Below are positions 24,510 through 33,317 of a stretch of 64,000 nt of DNA, piece after piece. The position numbers were made by a program, and so were the translations under genes. Numbering within the stretch: the first letter of the stretch is position 1; each line of letters begins with the position of its first letter. The stretch spans positions 2,304,001 through 2,368,000 of the forward strand of contig CAVUAK010000001.1 of assembly GCA_963739455.1 (NCBI GenBank), in the 5' to 3' direction. Origin of the DNA: an uncultured Gemmatimonadales bacterium. GTDB lineage: Bacteria; Gemmatimonadota; Gemmatimonadetes; Gemmatimonadales; GWC2-71-9. The notes beneath the pieces were generated by a model. That model was given only the letters and a program-made list of their open reading frames with translations. It was not told where the DNA came from and ran no database searches.

Positions 24510-27500
24510 CTACTTCAGGATCGACTTCTCGATCCCTCCCCGCACCGCAAACCACAAGAACTGGATGACCGACTCACCTGCAAAGGTGTGATCGATCGTA
24601 CCCACGCGCGGCGGTTCACCCTCCTGCGAAGGGTTGTCGCGCCGAATGAAGAACGTCCGCGCGAGGAAGGTCAGCACGCTGAACTTGACCCGCTTGAAGA
24701 AGCCGGCGGTCGGGTCGTGCAGCCTGACCCGGAGCCCGGTGTAGATGGGCACGATGGTGCCGACCGCGTGACCGTCCCTCGAGCCGACGGAGAAGGTGAC
24801 TTCGTGGAACTGTCCGCCCTCGATGGTGACCGGCAAGTTCTTCTGGGCGAACTGGTTGATGGCGACCGCGGGCATGGGCCCGAGCCGGCCATAGTAGGTC
24901 GCGTCGAGCCCGGATGCGGTGAGGGGCACCGTGGCGAAGGCGTCGAGCTTGCCCATGCCGAAGATGGTGCTGTGGGTCTCGATGCGGAGCGGCGGGCTCT
25001 GGCCGGCCACGCCGCGGCTGGTAAACCCGGTGATCATGGCGGTGATGGCGGTGAAGGTGACGCCACCCGCCTCGGGCTTCCCCACCTCGAGCTCATTGTA
25101 CACCACCGCACCGTCGATGACGGAGAGCGAGTCGATGCCGAAGGGGAACCTGATGCTCTGCACGTCATGCTGCACGGTGGAGTGGAGCTTCTTCACCGTG
25201 TCGGCCACGAGGTTCTTGTCGGTGAAGGCGTCGATGCCGAAACCATAGACGCTGCCATGCCGAAGCCAGAGGCCGTCGCCCAGGATGAGGCGGTCGAAGT
25301 CGAGCCCCGCGAGTTGCACGCTGTCGGCGCCGACCCGGATGCGGTCCCGGCGATGTGACTGGCGGGAGACCCAGACCGAGTCGGGGACGGTCGGGCCGAT
25401 CCTGATGTTGCCGATACGGGCGCTGGAATCGGAGAGGCTCGCAATGAAGGATCCGACGGTAAAGCTGCTCATCGGGTTGTCGTCGATGACGATGTCGGTG
25501 GCAGAGACCACCGCCCGCTTGCTGATGTGCCGTATGCGCGACTCGCGCGAGGCGCCGGGATTCAGTGCCACGCCCTCGGCAGCGAGGCTGGCCTTCTTCA
25601 CACTGTAGGTGTGCGACCCTCCATCGGGCTTCACGTCGACGTAGCGGAAGTGCACCAGAGGGGCGCTCAGGTTCCCGATGGCCAGCGGAAGACCCGCTTT
25701 CTGCCCGGTTTCCCGGTCGACCGGTTCCTCGAGGGAGTCCTTCGCGCTGCCGACATGGCGCACCTCGACGTCGAGGGTGCCCACGGACACGCGTCGCATG
25801 CGCACCGCCTTGCCGCGCACCAGTTCTCCCAAATGAATTCCCGCGAGCTCGACGCTGTCGAGTGCGACGGTGACGCCGCTCGTCGGCAGTTCGCCGGCGC
25901 GCGCCGAGTCGTGGGGTGACCCGGTGTGCAGCCGCATGCCGTGGAGCGAAATGGTGGAATCGCCGAGGTTGATGGCAACCGACGCCGCGCGCGCATTCGC
26001 CGGCGGACCGGCGAGGGTCACGCCGGAGATGCGCGCCACGATGTCCTGCTCGACCAGCGGCCGGGTGACGCCGCGCTGGAGGTCGATGGAGCGCCCGGTG
26101 ACCGCGATACGGTCGAGGGACAGCACGAGGGGAGCCTTGCCGGGTTCGCGGCGGGTGTAGAGCCCGCGTCCCCGAAGGACCTCGAAGTCCCGGACGGCAA
26201 TGGGGAAGGAGAGGCCGGTGAAGAGGGAGTCGTGAGTCGTGAGTCGTGAGTCGGCAGGGGGTCGTGGCGCTTGCGCGACCCCGGCGTCGACCGTGACGTC
26301 GAACGAGGCATTGCCGACGATCGCCTGGCGCATGGTGGCACCGTGGCCATCGGCCAGCCGGACAAAATCGACGCCGGTCATCCGCATGCTGTCGAGCGCC
26401 ACGTTCACGGTAGTGCGCCGGGGGAAGCGGGTGTAGTGCGGCGCGATGCGAATGCTGTCGATGGTGAGGGTGGAGTCGTCGAGGCTGACGGCGACCCGGC
26501 CCACGGCGAGTGACCGGACCTTGCCCCAGTGGCGATCGATGTCGGTGAGGACCAGCTTGATGCGCTGCTGCATGAGCGGCACGAGGGGGCCGCTTCCCTC
26601 GACCACGAGCTTCTCGCCGGTGACCGCGACGCGCTTCACCGTGAACTCGCGGTCGGGGAGGCCGGGGTGATGCTCGATGTAGGTGACGTCTCCCTCGGCG
26701 CTTAGCCGGCCGATGTTGGTGGGCACGCCCATGTCCGCGAGGGTGGAGTCGAGCGCGGGCTGGGCACGCTCCGAGCGCTTCGGCGGCGCGGGAAGCCCCA
26801 TGTTCTTCTGCAGCCGCACCCGCACGCCGCTGACTGCCATGTCACGGGCATCGAGTATCGAATGCACGATGAGGCGGTCGTAGTTGACCCCCCGCAGGAC
26901 AACGCTGTCGATCACGGCACGCCCAAGGGTCTGGCGCACCTTCTGGCGGCGCATCCAGTCGGCGTCGCTGATCCCGGGGCCAACGGTCAGTTGCCGGGCC
27001 ACCAGCACCGAGTCGCCCACCTTCAACCGGAGCTGACCCATGGTGAGCAGCTTGAGTGAATCGGCGGTGCCATAGGTGGCGCCATCCAGCGTGAGATCCA
27101 CGACGCGGGCAAGCAACGGGCGCTGCCGTGTCGGTGGAAGATCGGGGTCGATCAGGATCTCACTGGCCTTGAAGGCGACATGCGGCAGCCAGACCGTGAC
27201 GTTCGGGGCCCCGGGGCGATGCTGGATATAGCGCGCCGTGCCATCAACCAGCTCGACGGTGTCGGCCTCGAGCCGCACGGTGGACGCTGTCGCTGCGGCC
27301 TCGTGGACCGGGGAGACGGCGCGCACCGTGGGCGGACGGGGCGGCAGCGAGGCATCGGTTTCGATGGTGGTGTTGAGCCCGCCGATCACGATGCGCTCGC
27401 TGGTGACCGTCCCGTGCATGATGAGCTCGGCGAGGTTGATGCCGGCGAACTGGACGCTGTCCGCCTGCAGCTCGACCCATGGCCTTCGATACTTCTGCTG

Positions 27501-28346
27501 CCGGAACCAGGCCGCTGCCGAATCATTGGGCTGCATGCGCAGGCCGAGCAGGGTGATGTTGCCCTGGTCGAGGCTGGCGGACATGTGGCGGAAACTGACC
27601 GTGGAGGCGCCCGACCCGATCGCGAGTTCCTCGGCAGCGAGGGCGATCTGCCGGCTGAACAGCGGGCGGCGGTCCGCGACCGGCTGCTGCGGATCGATGA
27701 CGACGTCCACGAAATGCGCGGAGAACTGCTGCAGCGCCACGCTCTGGGCAGGCAGTGACTGCCGTTCGCGCGTGAGATCGAGGCGAATGTCAGGGAAGTC
27801 GACATCGCGGATGCTGATGACCGGGAGCATCTCGGGAAGCCTGAATTCCCGTTGCATGCGGAGAAAGCCGAGTCCGCCGCGTCGCTGCTTCGTCTCGGGA
27901 GCAACGCTGTCACTGGCAGCGACCTGGGCGCCGATCCGCACGCTCTTGCACTGGAAAAGGTTGCCGAAGAGGCCACGCCGGCGAATGAGCTTCCAGACGT
28001 TGACGCCGCTCAGCTGGCAGTCATGGGCGCTCACCCGGAGCCTCGGCCGGTCAGGAAACCGGGCCTTCCGGATGGTATCGGTGGTGACGTAGGCGGAATC
28101 GAACGCGATGGCCCCGGGGATGAGGCGGAGGCGCACGGGGGTGATCTGCAGGACGTAGACGCTGTCGGACACCCGCGTCATCTCGGCGCGAAGCAACTCG
28201 CGCAGCGCCTGGCTGGAGAACTCGCGCCACCTCAGGAGCGGTGTCAGGGCGACGATGAGCAGCATCAAGCCGGCGCCGATGAGCCATGGGCGCCGGATGA
28301 CACGAGCTTTCCGCGATGGTGGAGCTGGGGAGGCCGTAGGGTGCAT
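24510..28346 (-). CDS. Large membrane-anchored beta-rich protein with about 6 internal repeats (possibly AsmA/DUF748-like)
   Basis: ~1280 aa uninterrupted ORF, one N-terminal TM helix, recurring V.xDSV.L.G.xx..L motif. Confidence 0.65.
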   Translation of the reverse strand: MHPTASPAPPSRKARVIRRPWLIGAGLMLLIVALTPLLRWREFSSQALRELLRAEMTRVSDSVYVLQITPVRLRLIPGAIAFDSAYVTTDTIRKARFPDRPRLRVSAHDCQLSGVNVWKLIRRRGLFGNLFQCKSVRIGAQVAASDSVAPETKQRRGGLGFLRMQREFRLPEMLPVISIRDVDFPDIRLDLTRERQSLPAQSVALQQFSAHFVDVVIDPQQPVADRRPLFSRQIALAAEELAIGSGASTVSFRHMSASLDQGNITLLGLRMQPNDSAAAWFRQQKYRRPWVELQADSVQFAGINLAELIMHGTVTSERIVIGGLNTTIETDASLPPRPPTVRAVSPVHEAAATASTVRLEADTVELVDGTARYIQHRPGAPNVTVWLPHVAFKASEILIDPDLPPTRQRPLLARVVDLTLDGATYGTADSLKLLTMGQLRLKVGDSVLVARQLTVGPGISDADWMRRQKVRQTLGRAVIDSVVLRGVNYDRLIVHSILDARDMAVSGVRVRLQKNMGLPAPPKRSERAQPALDSTLADMGVPTNIGRLSAEGDVTYIEHHPGLPDREFTVKRVAVTGEKLVVEGSGPLVPLMQQRIKLVLTDIDRHWGKVRSLAVGRVAVSLDDSTLTIDSIRIAPHYTRFPRRTTVNVALDSMRMTGVDFVRLADGHGATMRQAIVGNASFDVTVDAGVAQAPRPPADSRLTTHDSLFTGLSFPIAVRDFEVLRGRGLYTRREPGKAPLVLSLDRIAVTGRSIDLQRGVTRPLVEQDIVARISGVTLAGPPANARAASVAINLGDSTISLHGMRLHTGSPHDSARAGELPTSGVTVALDSVELAGIHLGELVRGKAVRMRRVSVGTLDVEVRHVGSAKDSLEEPVDRETGQKAGLPLAIGNLSAPLVHFRYVDVKPDGGSHTYSVKKASLAAEGVALNPGASRESRIRHISKRAVVSATDIVIDDNPMSSFTVGSFIASLSDSSARIGNIRIGPTVPDSVWVSRQSHRRDRIRVGADSVQLAGLDFDRLILGDGLWLRHGSVYGFGIDAFTDKNLVADTVKKLHSTVQHDVQSIRFPFGIDSLSVIDGAVVYNELEVGKPEAGGVTFTAITAMITGFTSRGVAGQSPPLRIETHSTIFGMGKLDAFATVPLTASGLDATYYGRLGPMPAVAINQFAQKNLPVTIEGGQFHEVTFSVGSRDGHAVGTIVPIYTGLRVRLHDPTAGFFKRVKFSVLTFLARTFFIRRDNPSQEGEPPRVGTIDHTFAGESVIQFLWFAVRGGIEKSILK
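26227..26257 (+). repeat. (GAGTCGT)3 GAGTCGG CAG array inside a CDS
   Basis: Encodes [10 protein letters not shown] on the minus strand. Confidence 0.85.
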
Positions 28347-28369
28347 GCGGACAGAAGAATAGCAGGAGG

Positions 28370-28392
28370 GGGAACAGGGAACAGGGAACAGG
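28370..28392 (+). repeat. (GGGAACA)3 array
   Basis: Direct reading; in a divergent intergenic region. Confidence 0.85.
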
Positions 28393-28433
28393 TTGTCCTT
28401 GTGCGCGACCGACTGGATCGGCAGACTCCGCGC

Positions 28434-29414
28434 ATGAACCTGCATTCACCGGTGCCGACGATTGTTCCGAGGCCGCGAGACTACCTGGAAACGCGGGACG
28501 GGATGTTCCTCGCGGTGGTGTCGTCCATGGTGGATGACGGGCATGCACTCACGAGCCTGCGTTACGTGCGGCGGGGCGGGGTGCTGGTGAAGCTCGGCAC
28601 GGACGAGGCCAACCAGTACCTGCGTGACCACCGGCCGACATACCTGGCTCATTCGGCGCTGATCGATGCGATGATCCACCTGGTGCCACTCGGCGATGTG
28701 GTGAGAGTCCACCGGCCGGACCTTCGGCTTGCGGCGCTCAGAACAGCGGGAACAGGGAACAGGGAACAGGGAACAGGACACGACCTGGCGAGCCTGGCGC
28801 TGCGGGTGGTGGAGGCGCTCGAGCGCGGAGGGGCGCCGGTGGGGAGAATCGGGCTGGGCGGATCGCTGCTGCTGGGGGCACAGCACGCCGAGTCGGACAT
28901 CGACCTGGTAGTGTACGGCCGGGCAGCGTTCGAGGCGGCGCGGCGGGCGCTCGGGGCCGCGGTGGCGTCGGGAGGGCTCGATGCGCTCGATCGAGGGCAG
29001 TGGGAGGCTGCGTGGACGCGTCGCGGCAGCGACCTGACGCTGGAGGAGTATGTGCGGGCTGAAGTGCGCAAGCTGAACAAGGCGGTGATCGCGGGGACGC
29101 GGGTGGACCTGACGCTGGTGGTGGACAGGGACGAGGAGGTGCCGGAGCGGGGTCCGTTCAGGAAACTGGGGAGGTTGGTCGTGACGGCGGAGGTGGTGGA
29201 TGCGGTGTCGGCGTTCGATCATCCGGCGCGATACCGGGTGCGGCATGACCAGGTAAGCGAGGTGGTGTCGTTCACGCCGACGTATGCGGGGCAGGCGGTG
29301 GCGGGGGAGATCATCGAGGCCGCGGGATGGCTGGAGGTGGATTCGGTGGGGGCACGGAGGGTGGTGGTGGGGACGAGCAGGGAGGCGGGGGGGGAGTACA
29401 TCAAAACAGCGTGA
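28434..29414 (+). CDS. Predicted nucleotidyltransferase (Pol-beta superfamily)
   Basis: GLGGSLLLG..SDIDLVVYG motif; probable C-terminal OB-like region. Confidence 0.78.
   Translation: MNLHSPVPTIVPRPRDYLETRDGMFLAVVSSMVDDGHALTSLRYVRRGGVLVKLGTDEANQYLRDHRPTYLAHSALIDAMIHLVPLGDVVRVHRPDLRLAALRTAGTGNREQGTGHDLASLALRVVEALERGGAPVGRIGLGGSLLLGAQHAESDIDLVVYGRAAFEAARRALGAAVASGGLDALDRGQWEAAWTRRGSDLTLEEYVRAEVRKLNKAVIAGTRVDLTLVVDRDEEVPERGPFRKLGRLVVTAEVVDAVSAFDHPARYRVRHDQVSEVVSFTPTYAGQAVAGEIIEAAGWLEVDSVGARRVVVGTSREAGGEYIKTA
28741..28777 (+). repeat. GAACAGC(GGGAACA)4 array inside a CDS
   Basis: Encodes TAGTGNREQGTG in frame. Confidence 0.88.
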
Positions 29415-29529
29415 GGAGGAACTGAAACAGCGTGAGGAGGAACTGAAACAGCGTGAGGAGGAACAACGACTGCGGTAACCGCCGTTGCAGTTCCTCCTTA
29501 CGCCGTTGCCGTGCCTCCTTACGCTCTTG
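29404..29529. repeat. Palindromic 21-mer element: 3 direct units, centre GCGGTAACCGC, 2 inverted units
   Basis: AAACAGCGTGAGGAGGAACTG x3 (third slightly variant) then CAGTTCCTCCTTACGCCGTTG-type units. Confidence 0.9.
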
Positions 29530-30450
29530 CTACTTCGCCAGGTTCTTCCTGAGGTCTCCCAGGTTCAGCATCGGCACGCCGCCCTCGGTGGGCACGAGGA
29601 TGACCAGGTTGCTGGATGTCTTCATGCCCTCCAGCACCTCGAGATACTGCTTGGTGAGGGCCTCGGGGGTGAGGGTCTGGTTGAGCAGGCGCTGCTGTTC
29701 CGCCTGAAGCCGGGCGACATCGACGCGATGGCGCTCGGTTTCCACCTGCTGTTCCTGGGCAATCTTGGAGTTGATGGCCTGCACCACCTGTTCGGGCGGC
29801 TGGAGATCGCGCAGGAAGAAGGCGGTGATCTCCGCGATGCGGAATGGCGGGCCGCCGGAGCGGGGCTGGGTTTCCAGCGCGGAATCGACCTCGGCCTTCA
29901 TCCGCTCGGCGATCTTGTTGCGATCCGCGATCTGGTTGATGGAGAAGGCGGACATGCCGTCGCGGACGCCGTTCCGGATGGCGTTCTGGACCACACTCTC
30001 GATCTGCTCGTGCCCGCCGATCTCGGTGTAGATGCGGGGCGCCTGCTGGGGGTCGATCTGCCAGCGGACTGCGGCATCGATGTTCATTCCCATCTGTTCA
30101 CTCGAAAGCGCCGGAATGCGCTCGGCCTGCTCGCCGGTGCGGGGCCATTGCTCCTCGCGGGTGGAGAAGCGCTCAACCTCCGACCATGGCAGGACGAACC
30201 GAACCCCGGGGAGCAGCGGCTCCGGCTGCACCTTGCCGAAGGCATGCAGCACGCCAACCTGTCCGGCGTCGATGACCACGAAGGAGCTGGTGGAAAGCGC
30301 CAGCACACCCAGGATGGCCAGCACCAGGCCCACGAGGCGCGTCAGCGCGGCACCGGGGCGAGGTGAGGCGCTGGTCTTCATGCCAGACGCGGTGGCGAGG
30401 ACGATGAGGGAGATGAACAGGAGGACGAAGCCCAGGACCAGGCGTGTCAC
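29530..30450 (-). CDS. SPFH/prohibitin (band 7) family membrane protein
   Basis: FVVIDAGQVGV..FGKV, LRDLQPP, AINSKIAQEQ. Confidence 0.88.
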   Translation of the reverse strand: MTRLVLGFVLLFISLIVLATASGMKTSASPRPGAALTRLVGLVLAILGVLALSTSSFVVIDAGQVGVLHAFGKVQPEPLLPGVRFVLPWSEVERFSTREEQWPRTGEQAERIPALSSEQMGMNIDAAVRWQIDPQQAPRIYTEIGGHEQIESVVQNAIRNGVRDGMSAFSINQIADRNKIAERMKAEVDSALETQPRSGGPPFRIAEITAFFLRDLQPPEQVVQAINSKIAQEQQVETERHRVDVARLQAEQQRLLNQTLTPEALTKQYLEVLEGMKTSSNLVILVPTEGGVPMLNLGDLRKNLAK

Positions 30451-30486
30451 GGAGTCTCCGGCGTGTGGGGATGGTTAAGGGTACTT

Positions 30487-30590
30487 CAACGGCGTGAGGA
30501 GGAACAGCGACTGCGTGAGGAGGAACTGAAACAGCGGTGACCGCAGTTGCGGCTCCCCCTTACGCTTCTGCAGTTCCTCTTGACGCAGTT
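30487..30590. repeat. Palindromic 21-mer element: 2 direct units, centre GCGGTGACCGC, 2 inverted units
   Basis: Same unit and centre architecture as 29404-29529. Confidence 0.88.
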
Positions 30591-30945
30591 ACCTGCCACG
30601 GATGCTTCCCGCAGTACCGTACCGAAGGACCCGGTTCATCGTATCGACGTAGCGCTCCCAGCGTTCCAGCTCGGTCCAGAACCACTGGCGGCCCTGGGGG
30701 GTGAGCTGGTAGTAGCGAGCCTTGCGGTGGCGCTCGGAGGCGCCCCATTCGGACTCGATCATGCCGCGCTTCTCGAGGCGGCGGAGTGCAGGGTACAGGG
30801 TGCCTTCCTCGACCTGGAGGGTGCCGTTGGTGACCAGGCGCATCCATTCGGCGACCCCGGCGCCGTGGGTGGGTTCCCAGCGCAGGGCGCGGAGGATGAG
30901 CATGTCCAGGGTGCCGCGCACGAGGGCGGTGGAGGCGGCCGGCAT
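30589..30945 (-). CDS. PadR family transcriptional regulator
   Basis: GTLDMLILRAL, EEGTLYPALRRLE, RKARYYQLT. Confidence 0.92.
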   Translation of the reverse strand: MPAASTALVRGTLDMLILRALRWEPTHGAGVAEWMRLVTNGTLQVEEGTLYPALRRLEKRGMIESEWGASERHRKARYYQLTPQGRQWFWTELERWERYVDTMNRVLRYGTAGSIRGR

Positions 30946-30959
30946 GCTGCAAGATAAGG

Positions 30960-30988
30960 CGCTTCCCATAGAAACCATATGGGAAGCG
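30960..30988. promoter_or_regulatory. Perfect inverted repeat, candidate operator
   Basis: CGCTTCCCATA-N7-TATGGGAAGCG, 15 nt upstream of the padR start. Confidence 0.6.
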
Positions 30989-31075
30989 GTGGACGCGCCG
31001 GGCGGTCCTCAGTAGGCTTGCTTCCTTCGTACTGCTTCAAACCCCTCTGACTCCCGCCCAGATGAGGAGAATGCC

Positions 31076-33212
31076 GTGAGCCCCAACAGTCCCGAACGCG
31101 TTGATGAAATCTTCAGCGCCGATGTGTTTTCCCGTGCCGTCATGCGCCAGCGGTTGCCGAAGGAGGTCTACAAGAGCCTGCTGCGGACGATCGACCGGGG
31201 CGAGCCGCTGGACCCGAAGGTGGCCGACGTGGTCGCGGCCACGATGAAGGACTGGGCGGTCGAGAACGGCGCCACCCACTTCACCCACTGGTTCCAGCCG
31301 CTGACCGGCCTGACGGCCGAGAAGCATGACTCGCTGGTGTCGCCGGATGGGCAGGGCGGGGTGGTGTTCAACTTCTCCGGTTCCGACCTGGTGCAGGGCG
31401 AGCCGGATGCGTCGAGCTTCCCGTCGGGCGGCCTGCGGGCGACGTTCGAGGCCCGCGGCTACACCGCGTGGGACCCGACCAGCCCGGCGTTCCTGATCCG
31501 GGGCCAGGGCGGCACGGTGACGCTGTGCATCCCGACGGCCTTCGTGTCGTGGACCGGCGAGGCGCTCGACACGAAGATCCCGCTGCTCCGCTCGATGGAA
31601 GCGCTGTCCAAGCAGGCGTTCCGCATCCTCAAGGTGTTCGGCACCGATGCCGGGCGTGTCGCAGGTGTTCACGACGGTGGGCCCGGAGCAGGAGTACTTC
31701 CTGATCGACCGGGACCTGTTCTTCGCGCGGCCGGACCTGGTGTCGTGCGAACGGACGCTGTTCGGCTCGCGGCCGCCCAAGGGGCAGCAGCTGGAAGACC
31801 AGTATTTCGGCACGATCCCGGCGCGGGTGCTGGCGTGCATGCACGAGGTGGAGCGGGAGCTGTGGCGGCTGGGCGTGCCGGTGAAGACGCGGCACAACGA
31901 GGTGGCGCCGGGGCAGTACGAAATCGCGCCGCTGTTCGAGCAGAGCCACATCGCCAGCGACCACCAGATGCTGACGATGGAGACGATCAAGCGGGTGGCG
32001 CAGCGGCACGACCTCGCGGCGCTGATCCACGAGAAGCCGTTTGCGGGGATCAACGGCTCGGGCAAGCACAACAACTGGTCGATGTCGACGGACACGGGCG
32101 TCAACCTGCTGGACCCGCAGGACGACACGCACACGCAACCTGCAGTTCCTGGTGTTCCTGGTGGCGGTCGTCCGGGCGGTGGACCTGCATGCCGACCTGC
32201 TGCGGGCGTCGATCGCCTCGGCGGCCAACGATCACCGCCTGGGTGCCAACGAGGCCCCGCCGGCGATCATCTCGATCTTCATGGGCGACCATGCTGTCGG
32301 ACATCCTGGCGCAGGTGGAGCAGGGGTTGCCCAAGCGCACGATCCGCGGCGGCACGCTGGACCTGGGGGCGCGGACACTGCCGCAGCTGCCGCGTCACTC
32401 GGGCGACCGCAACCGGACCAGCCCGTTCGCGTTCACGGGGAACAAGTTCGAGTTCCGCGCGGTGGGCTCGAGTGCGAGCATCGCGTGGCCCAACACGGTG
32501 CTGAACACGATCGTGGCGGAGTCGCTGGACTACATCGCGACGGAGCTGGAGAAGGCGGCGGGAACCAATCCCTCACCGGCCAAGCTGCAGGATGCGGTGC
32601 TCAAGATCCTCAAGAAGGAGCTCAAGGAGCACAAGCGGGTCATCTTCGACGGCGACAACTACTCGAGCGACTGGCACAAGGAAGCGGCGAAGCGCGGGCT
32701 GCCGATCATGGCCGACTCGGTGGCGGCGTTCCCGATCCTCAAGTCGAAGAAGACGGTCGACCTGTTCAAGGCGTACGGGGTGCTGAACAAGGCCGAGGTG
32801 GACTCGCGGTTCCACATCTCGGTGGAGAAGTACGTGAAGCAGATGGGCATCGAGGCGGACACGGCGGTGAACATCGCCCGCACGATGGTCCTTCCTGCGG
32901 CACTGCAGCACCAGGAGCTGCTGGCTGGGGCACTGAGCGGGCTGGAGGCGGCGGGGATGAAGTCGCCGGAGCAGAAGAAGGCTCTGGAAGAGTTCGCGGG
33001 CCTGGTCAGCTCACTCCGGAAGGCGACGGCGAAGCTGGAGAAGGCGGCGGGCCACCACAGCGACGACCCGTACAAGCACGCGCAGCAGATCAAGAGCGAC
33101 GTCCGGCCTGCGATGGCGGAGTTGCGCGAGGCGGTGGATACGCTGGAGACGTGGGTGTCGTCGGAGTTGTGGCCGCTTGCCGACGTATCAGGACATGCTC
33201 TTTCTGGAGTAG
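31076..33212 (+). CDS. Glutamine synthetase type III (frameshifts ~31650, 32135, 32290, 33180)
   Basis: [65 protein letters not shown]. Confidence 0.93.
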
Positions 33213-33213
33213 T

Positions 33214-33257
33214 GAGGGCGGGGAAGACGGGGAGGGCGGGGAGGGCGGGGAAGGCGA
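33214..33257 (+). repeat. 9-mer array GARGRCGGG x5
   Basis: GAGGGCGGG GAAGACGGG GAGGGCGGG GAGGGCGGG GAAGGCG directly after the GS stop. Confidence 0.85.
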
Positions 33258-33317
33258 TTGCCGGTCCCCCTCTTTCATTTCCTGAAACATTGGGTGCCGC
33301 ACGAGGTAGCTTACGCC

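Noticed and set aside
29404..30590. CRISPR array
   Set aside because: The 21-mers are contiguous with no unique spacers, partly inverted, and there are no cas genes.
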